Part shown: in pieces, positions 45,757 through 56,030 of the stretch
How the letters are laid out: every line of letters begins with the position of its first letter
How positions within the stretch are numbered: the first letter of the stretch is position 1
Assembly: GCA_963717935.1 (NCBI GenBank)
Contig: CAVQXP010000004.1
Location: 1,664,001-1,728,000, forward strand
Reading direction: 5' to 3'
Source: Candidatus Eiseniibacteriota bacterium
Lineage (GTDB): Bacteria > Eisenbacteria > RBG-16-71-46
Length of the DNA: 64,000 nt
Position numbers and translations under genes: made by a program
Notes under the pieces: model-generated
Told to the model about the DNA's origin: nothing
Databases searched by the model: none
What the model saw: the letters and a program-made list of their open reading frames with translations, nothing else

Positions 45757-46994
45757 AGTCCGTGGCCTTCGTGACGACGACGTTCCCCACGCTCGCCTCG
45801 TTCATCGAGGACGACGTCCATCGGCTCACGGCCCGCGGCGTGCGGGTGCGGGTCTACGCGCTGCGCGGGGTCGGGCGCCAGTACCAGCCGCGGCACGCGC
45901 CACTGGTGGCCCTCACGGAATCCGTGGGCTCGCCCCTGGACCTGCGCGCCTGGGGGGCCATGCTGGTCTGGCTGCTGCGCCGCCCCGGCACGTTGGTGGG
46001 CGAGACCGCACGCATCCTCTGGGCTTCGCGCGGCTCGCCCTACGCGCTCGCCGGCCACCTGCTCTGGCTGCCCGCCGCCTGCCGCGTGGCTCTGCTCGTC
46101 GAGCGCGAGGGCCTCGAGCGCGTGCACGGGGCGTGGGCCCACTTCCCGGGCAGTGCGGCCTACCTCGCCGCGCGGCTGACGGGCCGGCCCTTCAGCCTCT
46201 CGGCGCACGCCGGCGCCGACCTCTACCGCACGCGCGCCTTCCTTGCGGAGAAGGTGCGCGCCGCCGATTTCGTGGCGACCTGCGTGCGTGGCAACGCGGA
46301 GCTGCTGCGCGAGCTGGCGGGCCCCGGCGCCCGGGTCGAGTGGGTCGCGCACGGCGTGGATCTCGCCCGCTTCGACGGCTCGGGCCGTGCGCCCGATCCC
46401 GATCCCGTTCTGATCACGGTCGGACGGCTCTCGCCGCCCAAGGGCTTCGACGACGCCATCCGCGCGCTGGCGCTCCTGCGCTCGCGCGGGCGCGAGGCCA
46501 CGCTCTGGCTGGTGGGCGACGGTCCCGAGCGGGTCGCCCTCGAAGCTCTGGCCCGCGAGACCGGCGTGGCGGACCGGGTACGCTTCCTCGGCGCGCTCAG
46601 CCACGAGGAGCTGTTGCCGCTCTACCGCCGGGCCTGGCTCCTGCTCGCCCCGAGCCGCGTGCTCGCCAACGGCCGCCGCGACGGCATCCCGAACGTGATC
46701 GTGGAGGCGATGGCGATGGGGATGCCCTGTGTGGGCACGCGCGCGGGCGGCATCGAGGAGGCGATCGTGCCGGGCGGGACCGGTGCGCTCGCCGAGCCGG
46801 GAGACCCGGCCTCGCTGGCCGATGCGGTCGAGAGCGTGCTGGCCGACCCGGAGGCGCTGGCGCGGCTCGGCCGCGCGGCGCGGCAGCGGGCCCTGGAGCG
46901 GTTCGACGCGGCGCGGAGCTTCGAGCGGTTCTTCGCGTTGTTCGAAGGGCACGAGGCGGACCCGCCTGCCGTGGCTCCCGGAGCCGGACGATGA
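45753..46994 (+). CDS. GT4 glycosyltransferase (WcaL-like)
   Basis: TFPTLASFI, HGVDLARF, VGRLSPPKG, DGIPNVIVEAMA. Confidence 0.88.
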   Translation: MKSVAFVTTTFPTLASFIEDDVHRLTARGVRVRVYALRGVGRQYQPRHAPLVALTESVGSPLDLRAWGAMLVWLLRRPGTLVGETARILWASRGSPYALAGHLLWLPAACRVALLVEREGLERVHGAWAHFPGSAAYLAARLTGRPFSLSAHAGADLYRTRAFLAEKVRAADFVATCVRGNAELLRELAGPGARVEWVAHGVDLARFDGSGRAPDPDPVLITVGRLSPPKGFDDAIRALALLRSRGREATLWLVGDGPERVALEALARETGVADRVRFLGALSHEELLPLYRRAWLLLAPSRVLANGRRDGIPNVIVEAMAMGMPCVGTRAGGIEEAIVPGGTGALAEPGDPASLADAVESVLADPEALARLGRAARQRALERFDAARSFERFFALFEGHEADPPAVAPGAGR

Positions 46995-48116
46995 GCGGGC
47001 GGACGCTGCGGGTGCTGCACGTCATCGAGGCCATGGACCGGGGTGGCGCGGAGTCGCTCATCGTGGAGCACGCGCGCCACGCGGGACCCGGCGTCGAGGT
47101 GCTGGTGTGCGCGCTCAACCGCGGAGGACCGGCGCTCGAGGCGGCGCGCGCCGCCGGAGCGCGGACCTTCGTGCTCCAGGGCCGCGGCCGGCTCGCGCGC
47201 ATCGGCCGGCTCGCGGGGCTGATCCGCGAAGAGGCGGTCACGGTGGTGAACGGCCACAACCCCACCGGGGGGCTGGCGGCGGCGCTGGCCGCGCGGCTCG
47301 CGGGCGTGCGCGCGGTGCTGCGCACGGAGCACAGCCTCCACTACGCGGGCCGGCACTCGGTCGCGTGGCCCGTCCTCGAACAGGTCGCGACGGCGCTCAC
47401 GGTGCGCGTCCTGTGCGTGTGCGAGACCGTGCGCGAGAGCCATGTGACGCGCTTCCGGCGCACGGCGCGGCGCTTCGTCACCGTGCTCAACGGAGTCTCG
47501 GTCGCTCCGGCCGCACGGCCGCGCGCGCAGGCGCGCGCAGCCCTCGGGTTCGGACCACGAGGAGCGCGTGGCGCTCAGCGTGGGCAGCATCACGCCGCAG
47601 AAGGCGCAGGATGTCCTGCTCGAGGCGTTCGCGCGGGCGGCGGCGGACGCGTCCGCAAGCCGGCTCCTGATCGCCGGGGAAGGGCCGCTGCGCGCCGGGC
47701 TCGAGGCCCGGTGCGATGCCCTGGGCCTGGGCGCACGCGTCCGGTTCCTGGGCGCGCGCGAGGACGTGGGCGACCTGCTCGCGGCGGCCGACGTGTTCGT
47801 GCTCTCCTCGCGGCGCGAGGGGCTCCCCGTGACCCTGCTCGAGGCGATGCGCGCGGGACGCGCGGCGGTCGTGACGCGCGCGGGCGGTTGCGCCGAGGCC
47901 GTGGCGGACGGGGACACGGGGCTGCTCGTGCCGGTGGGCGATGCCGTGGCACTGGGCGCGGCGCTTCGCGCGCTGCTGGCCGACCCCGGGCGCTGCGCGC
48001 GCCTGGGGGATGCGGCCCGCGAGCGCTGGGCGCGGGAGTTCACGGCGGAGCGCATGGTGCTCGAGACCGAGGGGATCTACGAGGCGGCGCTGGCCGCAGG
48101 AGGGACTGGCCGGTGA
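46991..48116 (+). CDS. GT4 glycosyltransferase (frameshift near 47560)
   Basis: RVLHVIEAMDRGGAE, DVFVLSSRREGLPVTLLEAM. Confidence 0.88.
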
Positions 48117-49249
48117 GCGGGGAGCGGTTGCTCGAGCCGGTGGGGCCGGTGCGCCTCAGCCTGGCCGCGATCGGCGACGTGGGGGTGATCGGGAGCGCCC
48201 GTGCCCGCGCGCGGCGCGAGGGCTGGGACGCGGTCTTCGCCGCGGCCGCCCCCGCGCTGCGCGCCGCGGACGCGGGCTTCGCGAACCTCGAGATGCCCGT
48301 GGCCGAGGCGGGCCAGGTGCGCCCGGGACGCTCCCCCGAGTTCCGGCACGATCCGGAGGTGCTCCCGGCGCTGGCGCGCGCGGGCGTGCGCGTCCTCGCG
48401 CTGGCCAACAACCACATCCTGGACTGCGGCCCGCGCGGGCTCGAGCGCACGCTTTCGGCCTGCGAGAGCGCGGGCCTTGCCTGCGCCGGCGCGGGGCCCG
48501 GCCTGGAGGCGGCGCGCCGCCCGGCCGAGTTCGTCGTCGGCTCGCAGCGCGTGGCCCTGCTGGCGTACGCTGCGCCCTCGAAGGAGAGCGCGCGGGCGGG
48601 CAGTCCGGGCCCGGCGCCGCTCGAGGCCGCGCTCGTCCGTGAGGACCTCGAACGCTGGCGCCCGCGCGCCGACGTGCTGGTCGTGAGCGTGCACTGGGGC
48701 TCGATGTACGTGGACTACCCGCCTCCGCGCGTGCTCGAGCTGGCGGAGACGCTGGAGCGCGGTGGGGCCGACCTCGTGCTCGGGCACCACCCTCACGTAT
48801 TGCAGGGCTGGCGTCGCGCGGGCCGGTGTCTGACGCTCTTCAGCCTCGGCGACGTGGTGTTCGACGCGCGCGCGGGTGACTTCGAGGCGCGCGTGGCATC
48901 CGCGACGCGGCGCGAGAGCGCGGTCTTCACGGTGCGCGTGGCGGACCAGCCCGGGCTGGACGTGCTGCCGCTCACGCTCGATCCCGACGGCTGGCCGCAG
49001 GCCCCGGACGAGGCCCGGGGACGCGCGCAAGTCGGGCGCCTGAGGGACCTTGCCGCGGGACTCGCGGATGCGCGCGGGCGCTTCGCCCGCGAGGCGGCCC
49101 CGCGCCTGCTCGGCTACGAGCTCGAGAGCCTCGGACATTACCTTCGGCAGGGCCGCCTGGATCGGGTCGCGCGACTGCTGGGCTCGGTGAGGCCGCGCCA
49201 CCTGCCGCTGCTGTGGCAGGCGCTGCGCCGGCGGGGAAGGGACGCATGA
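48113..49249 (+). CDS. CapA/PGA_cap family metallophosphoesterase
   Basis: IGDV, ANLEMP, LANNHILDCG, VSVHWG, LGHHPHVLQ, FSLGD. Confidence 0.88.
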   Translation: MSGERLLEPVGPVRLSLAAIGDVGVIGSARARARREGWDAVFAAAAPALRAADAGFANLEMPVAEAGQVRPGRSPEFRHDPEVLPALARAGVRVLALANNHILDCGPRGLERTLSACESAGLACAGAGPGLEAARRPAEFVVGSQRVALLAYAAPSKESARAGSPGPAPLEAALVREDLERWRPRADVLVVSVHWGSMYVDYPPPRVLELAETLERGGADLVLGHHPHVLQGWRRAGRCLTLFSLGDVVFDARAGDFEARVASATRRESAVFTVRVADQPGLDVLPLTLDPDGWPQAPDEARGRAQVGRLRDLAAGLADARGRFAREAAPRLLGYELESLGHYLRQGRLDRVARLLGSVRPRHLPLLWQALRRRGRDA

Positions 49250-49402
49250 CGAGGGAAGCCTGGGACACGAGGTGGCCTGCCGGCTGGAGGGTGGTGCCGT
49301 CCGGGCGCTGTCGAACGCCGCGGCGGTCGCGTGGCATCATGCGCGTCGGCGGCCGCCAGCGATCGCGGAGGCGCTGAAGCTGCGCAAGAGAGGCGGAGGA
49401 TC

Positions 49403-50284
49403 ATGAGCCAGAGGACGGAGGCACGGCGCTCGTTCGAGCGGCTGCTCGAGTGGACCATCCGGGTCGAGTACCCGGCGGCAGCGACGTTCCTGCCGGAGGC
49501 CGGGCGGGAGGCCTTTCTGGACTATTACAGGAACCTGCCGAAACTGCGTGAGCCGCAGGCGCTCGCGCGGTACCGCCGGGGCATGTGGCGCTCCGAGGCG
49601 GGCTGGGTGGCGCGCTGGGTCGCGCGGCGGCACGAGGTCACCGGGCGCAGGCCCCGCGTGCTCGACGCGGGTTCCGGGTTCGGGACCTACTCGATGCTCT
49701 TCGCGGCCGCGGGCGCCGAGGTCGTGGGCGCGGACCTGAGACCCGACCGGCTCGAAGCGACCGCGAGCCGGCTCGTCTTCTGCCGCGAGAGTCTGGGGCT
49801 GGATCTTCCGGTGCGCTGCGAGCGCGCGGACCTCACGGCCGCCTGGGACGCGGACTACGACCTGGTCTGGGTCTACAACGCGCTCTCGCACATCGACCCG
49901 CTGGAGCGCTTCCTCGAGGAACTCCGCCGCCACCTCAGGCCGGGGGGCGTACTGGCCGTGGGCGACATCAACGGCGCGCACCCGGGTCACGTGCGGCGCC
50001 TGGCCGGTCTGCGCGAGGAGGTGCACCAGGAATACGTGGCGCCCGACGGTCAGCGTTCCGCCTACGCGGTCGAGCGCACGTTCCCCCCGGGCGAATTGCG
50101 CCGGGAGATGCAGTCGCACGGCCTGCGGGTCGTGCACCACGAGCTCTACTGGGGCGGGTCGGGCGTGCTCGCCTGGCCCCTCTACGAAGGCCTGCTGCGG
50201 CCGCTGCAGACGCAATGGTGGCTGGGCGCGTGGTTCGCGCGGCGGCAACTGATGGTCGCCGCGGTGGCGCGGCCCGGGGCGTGA
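49403..50284 (+). CDS. Class I SAM-dependent methyltransferase
   Basis: RVLDAGSGFG, YDLVW, LRPGG; RBS GGAGG. Confidence 0.85.
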   Translation: MSQRTEARRSFERLLEWTIRVEYPAAATFLPEAGREAFLDYYRNLPKLREPQALARYRRGMWRSEAGWVARWVARRHEVTGRRPRVLDAGSGFGTYSMLFAAAGAEVVGADLRPDRLEATASRLVFCRESLGLDLPVRCERADLTAAWDADYDLVWVYNALSHIDPLERFLEELRRHLRPGGVLAVGDINGAHPGHVRRLAGLREEVHQEYVAPDGQRSAYAVERTFPPGELRREMQSHGLRVVHHELYWGGSGVLAWPLYEGLLRPLQTQWWLGAWFARRQLMVAAVARPGA

Positions 50285-50298
50285 GCGGAGGGCGGCGG

Positions 50299-52113
50299 AT
50301 GCGCGTGTTGTTCGTGACCCAGTATTTCCCGCCCGAGACCGGGGCGGCGCCCGCGCGGGCGCTGCACTTCGCGCGCGCTCTGGAGCGCGCCGGGCACGAG
50401 GTGCGCGTGGTGACGGGTCTGCCGAACCATCCCTCCGGCGTGGTGCAGCCCGCCTACCAGCGGGTGCGCCGCGCGAGCGAGCGGGACGGCGGGATCACGG
50501 TCGAGCGGGTGTGGCTGCACGCCACGCCGCGCAGGACGCCGGTGACGCGCCTCTGGAACCACCTCTCCTTCGCGCTCTCCGCACTGGGCCCCGCGCTCGC
50601 CGGGCCGCGGCCCGGCGTGGTGCTGGCGACCATGCCGCCGCTCTTCCTGGGAGCGACCGCCTGGCTCGTGGCGCGCTGGCACGGTGCTCCGCTCGTGATC
50701 GATTGCCGCGACGATTGGCCCGCGGCGGCCGTGGCGCTGGGCGAGATGCGCGCCGGGTTCGCCACGCGCGTGCTCGGGGGGCTCGCGCGGTTCCTCCAGC
50801 GCCGCGCGGAGCGCGTGCTCGCCGTCACGCCCGGGATGCTGCGCGCCTTCGAACGGGCCGGTCTCGACGCGGGCCGTCTGGTGCTCGTCACGAACGGCGC
50901 CGACACCGATCTGTTCCGGCCGGCGCCGGCGGGGCGGCCCGGTGGCTCCGGCCGGCCGTTCACGGTGCTGTATGCGGGCACGCACGGCCTGATCCACGGC
51001 ATGGAAGCGCTGCTCGACGCCGCAGAGCGCCTGCGCGCGCGCCGCGACGTCCGCTTCCTGCTGGTGGGCGACGGCGTGGCCAAGCCCGGGCTGGAGCGGC
51101 GCGCGCGCGAGGCCGGGCTGGAGCAGGTCGAGTTCCGTCCGAGCGTGGCGCCCGAGCGGCTGGTCGAGGAGATCCACGCGGCCGACGTGTGCGTGGCGAC
51201 GACGCGGGACCATTCCTTCTGCGGCGAGACCATCCCGGTCAAGCTCTTCGACTACCTGGCCTGCGGGCGCCCGGTGGTCGCCGCGGTGAGCGGGGACGCG
51301 GCGCGCGTGGTCGAGGAGTCGGGCGGGGGCGTGGTGGTCCCCCCGGGCGACGGGGCAGCCCTGGCGGAGGCGCTCGCGGCGCTCGCGGCCGACCCGGCGC
51401 GGTGCGCGGCCCTCGGCGCGGCCGGGCCCGCGTTCATCGAGGAGCGCTACTCGCGACGGGCGGTGGGGACGAAGCTCGTGGCGTTGCTGGAGCAGGTCTT
51501 GCGCCTGGCACGCGGGCGGGACGTGGCGCCCCGGCCGGCGGGACCCGGCGGCGCCGCCAAGCGCGCGGTGGACCTGGTCGTGGCCGGCGTCCTGCTCGTG
51601 GTCCTGGCGCCGCTCCTCGTCGCGCTCGCGCTCGCGGTCCGGCTCGACTCGCCCGGGCCGGCGCTCTTCCGCCAGCGGCGAGTGGGCCGCGCCTCACGCG
51701 AGTTCACCATCCTCAAGTTTCGCACCATGCGGGTGGGCACGCCGGACCTGGCCTCGCACCTCATGGGGCCGGGCTCGGACCGGGTCACGCGCGTCGGGCG
51801 GTGGTTGCGACGCACGAGCCTGGACGAGTTGCCGCAGTTGCTGAACGTGCTGGTCGGCGACATGACGCTGGTGGGACCACGGCCCGCGCTGCACAATCAG
51901 CACGACCTGGTCGCGCTGCGCCAGCAGGCCGGCGTGGACGCGCTCAAGCCCGGCGTGACCGGCTGGGCGCAGATCCACGGGCGCGACGACCTCCCGCTGG
52001 ACCGGAAGGTGGCCTACGACCACTGGTACCTCGAGCATGTCTCCTTCGGGCTCGACCTGGCCATCGCGCTGCGCACGCCCTTCGCGCTGCTCTCCTCGCG
52101 GGGGGTGTTCTGA
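50299..52113 (+). CDS. WbuB-like GT4 glycosyltransferase fused to a sugar (phosphoglycosyl) transferase
   Basis: TQYFPPE, LPNHP, PVKLFDYLACG, then KRAVDL, KFRTM, SLDELPQLLNV, VGPRP, KPGVTGWAQ. Confidence 0.9.
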   Translation: MRVLFVTQYFPPETGAAPARALHFARALERAGHEVRVVTGLPNHPSGVVQPAYQRVRRASERDGGITVERVWLHATPRRTPVTRLWNHLSFALSALGPALAGPRPGVVLATMPPLFLGATAWLVARWHGAPLVIDCRDDWPAAAVALGEMRAGFATRVLGGLARFLQRRAERVLAVTPGMLRAFERAGLDAGRLVLVTNGADTDLFRPAPAGRPGGSGRPFTVLYAGTHGLIHGMEALLDAAERLRARRDVRFLLVGDGVAKPGLERRAREAGLEQVEFRPSVAPERLVEEIHAADVCVATTRDHSFCGETIPVKLFDYLACGRPVVAAVSGDAARVVEESGGGVVVPPGDGAALAEALAALAADPARCAALGAAGPAFIEERYSRRAVGTKLVALLEQVLRLARGRDVAPRPAGPGGAAKRAVDLVVAGVLLVVLAPLLVALALAVRLDSPGPALFRQRRVGRASREFTILKFRTMRVGTPDLASHLMGPGSDRVTRVGRWLRRTSLDELPQLLNVLVGDMTLVGPRPALHNQHDLVALRQQAGVDALKPGVTGWAQIHGRDDLPLDRKVAYDHWYLEHVSFGLDLAIALRTPFALLSSRGVF

Positions 52114-53012
52114 TGCAGCGCCCGGGCCCGACGGCGGGCGCGACGGTGTCCGCGACGGGGCGCGGGTGGACGGAACACGCCGCGGCGTACGCGAGCGCGG
52201 CGCTGGTCGCGCTCCTGCTCGGACTCATCTACCATCGCACCGTCGCGGGGCTCTGGGCCATGTGGACCACGAACGACAACTACTCCCACGGACCGCTGGT
52301 GCCGCTGGTGTCGCTGGCGCTGATCGTGTCCCGGCGCGAGCGCCTGCGCGCGCTGCCGCGGACGGGCGACTGGCTCGGGTTCGGGCTCGTGGCCCTGGCC
52401 TGCGCGCTCCAGGTGCTGGGCGTGCGCGCGGACGTCCTCACCCTGCAGGGCTGGTCGCTCGTGCTGGTGCTCTACGGGCTCGCTCTCGCGCTCCTGGGCG
52501 GACCGCTCACGCGCTCGCTCGCCTTTCCCATCGGCTACCTGGTCTTCATGCTCACCTTTCCGCCGTTCGTGATGAACCGGCTCAGCTTCGCCCTGAAGGA
52601 GGTGGCCGTGCAGGCCGCCGCGCACGCCTCCGAGATGCTGGGCGTGACGCTGCAGCGCAGCGGCATGACTCTCTGGCTCGCCAGCGGCGCGCTCGAGATC
52701 GAGAACCCCTGCAGCGGCCTTCGCTCGCTGCTGGCGATGCTGGCGACCGGCGTGCTCTTCGCGTCGCTGCTGCCTGCGGGCTGGTGGCGGCGCGCCCTGC
52801 TCGTGCTGCTGGCCGTGCCGATGGCCATCGCGGGGAACGCCCTGCGCATCACCCTGCTCGTGGTGATGGCTCACTACGTTGGCATCAAGCAGGCACTGGG
52901 GGTGTTCCACGACGTGTCGGGCTACCTGACGTACGGCCTCTCGCTCGCCGGGCTGCTGGCGGCCTGGGCGCTGCTCCAGTCGCGCGGTCCCGCGCCGGCG
53001 CGCCGGCCGTGA
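52113..53012 (+). CDS. Exosortase (EpsH/XrtA family)
   Basis: ~8 TM helices; NYSHG; catalytic triad segments PCSGLRS, GNALRI and FHD. Confidence 0.92.
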   Translation: MQRPGPTAGATVSATGRGWTEHAAAYASAALVALLLGLIYHRTVAGLWAMWTTNDNYSHGPLVPLVSLALIVSRRERLRALPRTGDWLGFGLVALACALQVLGVRADVLTLQGWSLVLVLYGLALALLGGPLTRSLAFPIGYLVFMLTFPPFVMNRLSFALKEVAVQAAAHASEMLGVTLQRSGMTLWLASGALEIENPCSGLRSLLAMLATGVLFASLLPAGWWRRALLVLLAVPMAIAGNALRITLLVVMAHYVGIKQALGVFHDVSGYLTYGLSLAGLLAAWALLQSRGPAPARRP

Positions 53013-53647
53013 GGCTCCTCGCCGTCCTCCTCCTGCTCGCGGCCACCGCCGCCTATGTGCTGGTGCACCCGCCTGCGAACCTGGCCGTGGGCCGGGGAGC
53101 GCTGGCGGCCTGCCCGGCCGTCTTCGGTGACTGGAACGGCACGGACCTCTCGTTCGAGGATGCCGTGCTCGAGGAGCTCAGGGCCGACGACGTGCTTGTG
53201 CGCCGCTATGCCCTGGGGGACGAGGTGACCTGGCTCACCATCGTCTACCACCAGAATCGTCGCTACGGATCGCACGATCCCCGGTTGTGCTACGAGTCGC
53301 AGGGCTACCTGGTGGAGCCGCTGGGCCGCCGTCGCGTGGAGGACGGCAGCCCTGCCGGGCTCCAGGTCAACGTGTTCCGCGCGGTCCGCCCGCGCGAGCG
53401 GCGGCTGGTATATTACTGGTGGACGACTCGCAACCTGGTCACGGCGGACGTCGCCACGCTGCGTCAGCGCATGGCGCTGGCGGGCGCGCTCGACAACCGG
53501 TCGTGGGGCGCGTTCGTGCGGGTCGAGACGCGGCTGGGGAACGGGGGCGAGACACGGGCCACCGCGGCGCTCGATGATTTCACGGCGCGCGTGGCGCGTG
53601 CCCTGCCCGGCGTGTTCGCCGCGGCGGAACGGAGGCCGGGCCGATGA
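53009..53647 (+). CDS. epsI: Exosortase-associated EpsI family protein
   Basis: GDWNGTD, LRADDVLVRRY, HDPRLCYESQG, LVYYW, GAFVRV. Confidence 0.85.
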   Translation: MRLLAVLLLLAATAAYVLVHPPANLAVGRGALAACPAVFGDWNGTDLSFEDAVLEELRADDVLVRRYALGDEVTWLTIVYHQNRRYGSHDPRLCYESQGYLVEPLGRRRVEDGSPAGLQVNVFRAVRPRERRLVYYWWTTRNLVTADVATLRQRMALAGALDNRSWGAFVRVETRLGNGGETRATAALDDFTARVARALPGVFAAAERRPGR

Positions 53648-54489
53648 AGGTGCTCGAACAGCTGGCGCTGGCGGGGCAGGCGCTGTGGCTCACGCTGCGC
53701 GAGCTGCGTGCGGGGTGGTTGTGGGTGCCGTGGCTCGTCCTGGGCGTGTTCCAGTGCGCGGCGCTGCTGGCTCTCCTGGGCTTCGCCCATCCGCTGCTGG
53801 CCGGGGTGGTGGCCCCGTTCGTACGGTCGGTCGGTGGCGAGTCGGCCCTGCACTTCCCGGACTTCTATCGGGCGCTTCCGTTTCTGTACTCACGCATGGA
53901 TCTCGTGCTGAGCTCGCTCGCCGGCGCGGTCGCCACGGGCTGGAGCATCCGGCTCTTCGCCGCGCGCTGGCGCCAGCAGGCGCTGGCGGCCGGCGGGGCG
54001 TGGGCGGAGATCGCGCCGCGGGCCCTGACGCTCGTGCTGGCGCAGCTTCCCTTCCAACTGCTGGTGCTGCTCCTCACTGGCCTGCTCGATCACGCTCTGG
54101 CCGGCCAGGGCGGACTCGTGCGGCGCCTCGGCCATTTCGTGACCCTCGGTGGGGTGGCCGGGCTGCAGGCGCTCTTCCTCTACCTTCCCGCGCTGATCGT
54201 GCTCGAGCGGCGCGGGCTGTGGCGCGCGTTCGCGAGCCTGCCGCGAGCCTGGGCGCGCGGCTTGTGGGCGGCGCTCCTGCTCGGGCTGGTGGCCCTGCTG
54301 CCGCTCCTGCCGCTCGAGGGGCTGGGACAGCGGAGCGACCTGCTGGTGGTCCGGGGCTCTCCCGAACTCGTCGCCTGGCTCACCGCGATGCAGCTCGTTG
54401 TCGGGCTCGTCGTGTCGTTCCTGCTGGCCGGGAGCTCGACGCTGGTCTACCTCGGGGCCGTGGCCGACGAGCCCGGGGAGGAGGGATGA
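53644..54489 (+). CDS. Hypothetical multi-pass membrane protein
   Basis: ~6 hydrophobic segments; start and stop overlap both neighbours (ATGA). Confidence 0.7.
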   Translation: MKVLEQLALAGQALWLTLRELRAGWLWVPWLVLGVFQCAALLALLGFAHPLLAGVVAPFVRSVGGESALHFPDFYRALPFLYSRMDLVLSSLAGAVATGWSIRLFAARWRQQALAAGGAWAEIAPRALTLVLAQLPFQLLVLLLTGLLDHALAGQGGLVRRLGHFVTLGGVAGLQALFLYLPALIVLERRGLWRAFASLPRAWARGLWAALLLGLVALLPLLPLEGLGQRSDLLVVRGSPELVAWLTAMQLVVGLVVSFLLAGSSTLVYLGAVADEPGEEG

Positions 54490-56021
54490 GCGTGCACGTT
54501 CGTCTCGCCCTCCGGGGCCCGGGTCAGATGGCCGCCCTGCTGGGCCTGGCGCTGCTGGCTGTGGGTTGCGGGGACCGCGGACTCTGGGCGCGCTGGCGCG
54601 CGGAACGCGGCGCGTGGCGCGCGCAACGCGCGGTCGAGCGCATCGAGATCAACCCCCGCCTCGCCGGCGCCGCCGACTGGGCTCGGGCGGATGCGGCGTG
54701 CCGCCTGGTCACCGCGGGCTTCCCGGCGGAGGCGTGGTCGGCGCGGGCCCGCGCGGGTGACTCGATGGCCTCCGAGGTGCTCGAAGCCTCGGGCCGGGCC
54801 GCACTGCTGTGGGCGCGGCTCGAGGATCTTCGCGAGCGCCCCGGGGCGGCGCTCGCGGCCTACGAGCGCGCGCGGAGCGACTACGCGGCGGCCCCCGGCC
54901 TCTCGCTCGGAGCCGCGGTGGCGCAGGCCCGTCTGCTGGCCGACCTGGGGCGACCGGGGGAGGCGGAGGAGGTCTGGTGCGCCATCGCGCGGGACTACCC
55001 GGCCGCCGACCCACGCACCGGGGCGCTCTTCGACGCGGTCCTCGACGCGCCGCTGCTCCTGGCTCGCGACCGGCGCGCGCGCGGCGACACGGAGGGCGCG
55101 GACTCGGTGCTGCGCGCGGCCGAAGGGACCTACTTGCACCTGCTGCCCGCGCAACGCGGGCTCCCGGCGGCGCCCGCGCTGTGGGTGCGTGTCAGCGAGG
55201 CCCGTTCGGCGCGGGGGGATGCGGCGGGCGCGCGGGGGGCGCTGCGACACGCGCTCGCCGACCCGGCGGGGGCCGCGATGGCCCCGCGGCTGGTGCTGAT
55301 GCTGGCCCGCCGGGCGCTGGAAAGCGCGCAGCCCGACACGGCGCTGGCCTACGCGGACTGGGCCGCGCGCGGCTTCGGCGGCGCGGCGCGCCCGGCGGCC
55401 CTGTTGGTCGCCGCCCAGGCCTGGCGGGCCCGTGGCGCCCCGGACTCTGCGCTGCAGGCGTACGAGCGGCTCCTCGAGGAGGAGCCCGGCGACCTGGACA
55501 AGGCGGCCGAGGCCCGCTTCGGGCGGGCGCGACTCCTCGAGGACCTGGGCCGTTGGGATCAGGCCCGCGGGGAGTACCATGCGCTCGCCAGCGCCGTGCC
55601 GACGCATCCGCTGGCCTTCGAATCCATGGTGCGCGTGGTTCGCTACCACCTCGGACGGGGTGAGCGTGGCCTGGGGCTGACCGAGGCGCGGCACGCGCTG
55701 GCAGCGCTGGACGCGCTGATCGCAAATCAGCAGGATGATGACGTGCAGGTGCGGGCGGGCGAAGCCCGCGCGCGCCTGCTGTTCGAGACCGACGACACCC
55801 GCGGCGGTTGCGGCGCACTGGCCGCGCTGCTGCGGCGCTACTCCGAGGCACCGCTTGATGCTGCGCTGTTGACGAAGGCGGCCGAGGCGGCCGAGACGCG
55901 ACTCAACGACACCGACCTGGCACTCGAGTTGTACCGGGCGGCCGCTGCTCGGGCTGTGGCCCCGGAGTTGCGCCGCCGGGCCCGCGCCGCAGTGGGCCGC
56001 CTGGCGGACCTGCCGCGATAG
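54486..56021 (+). CDS. TPR-repeat lipoprotein (PrsT-like position)
   Basis: Lipobox LALLAVGC; repeated TPR-like helices such as AEARFGRARLLEDLGRWDQARGEY. Confidence 0.7.
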   Translation: MSVHVRLALRGPGQMAALLGLALLAVGCGDRGLWARWRAERGAWRAQRAVERIEINPRLAGAADWARADAACRLVTAGFPAEAWSARARAGDSMASEVLEASGRAALLWARLEDLRERPGAALAAYERARSDYAAAPGLSLGAAVAQARLLADLGRPGEAEEVWCAIARDYPAADPRTGALFDAVLDAPLLLARDRRARGDTEGADSVLRAAEGTYLHLLPAQRGLPAAPALWVRVSEARSARGDAAGARGALRHALADPAGAAMAPRLVLMLARRALESAQPDTALAYADWAARGFGGAARPAALLVAAQAWRARGAPDSALQAYERLLEEEPGDLDKAAEARFGRARLLEDLGRWDQARGEYHALASAVPTHPLAFESMVRVVRYHLGRGERGLGLTEARHALAALDALIANQQDDDVQVRAGEARARLLFETDDTRGGCGALAALLRRYSEAPLDAALLTKAAEAAETRLNDTDLALELYRAAAARAVAPELRRRARAAVGRLADLPR

Positions 56022-56030
56022 GAGGACACC

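Noticed and set aside
48048..48060. GAGCGCATGGTGC partial match to the hairpin core
   Set aside because: Only 13 nt, inside a GT4 coding region (ERMVL) and without inverted arms; likely chance.
46133..49249. Apparent GT4-CapA fusion in one 1038-aa ORF
   Set aside because: An artefact of the frameshift near 47560. The GT4 ends at 48116 and CapA starts at an overlapping GTG (48113).
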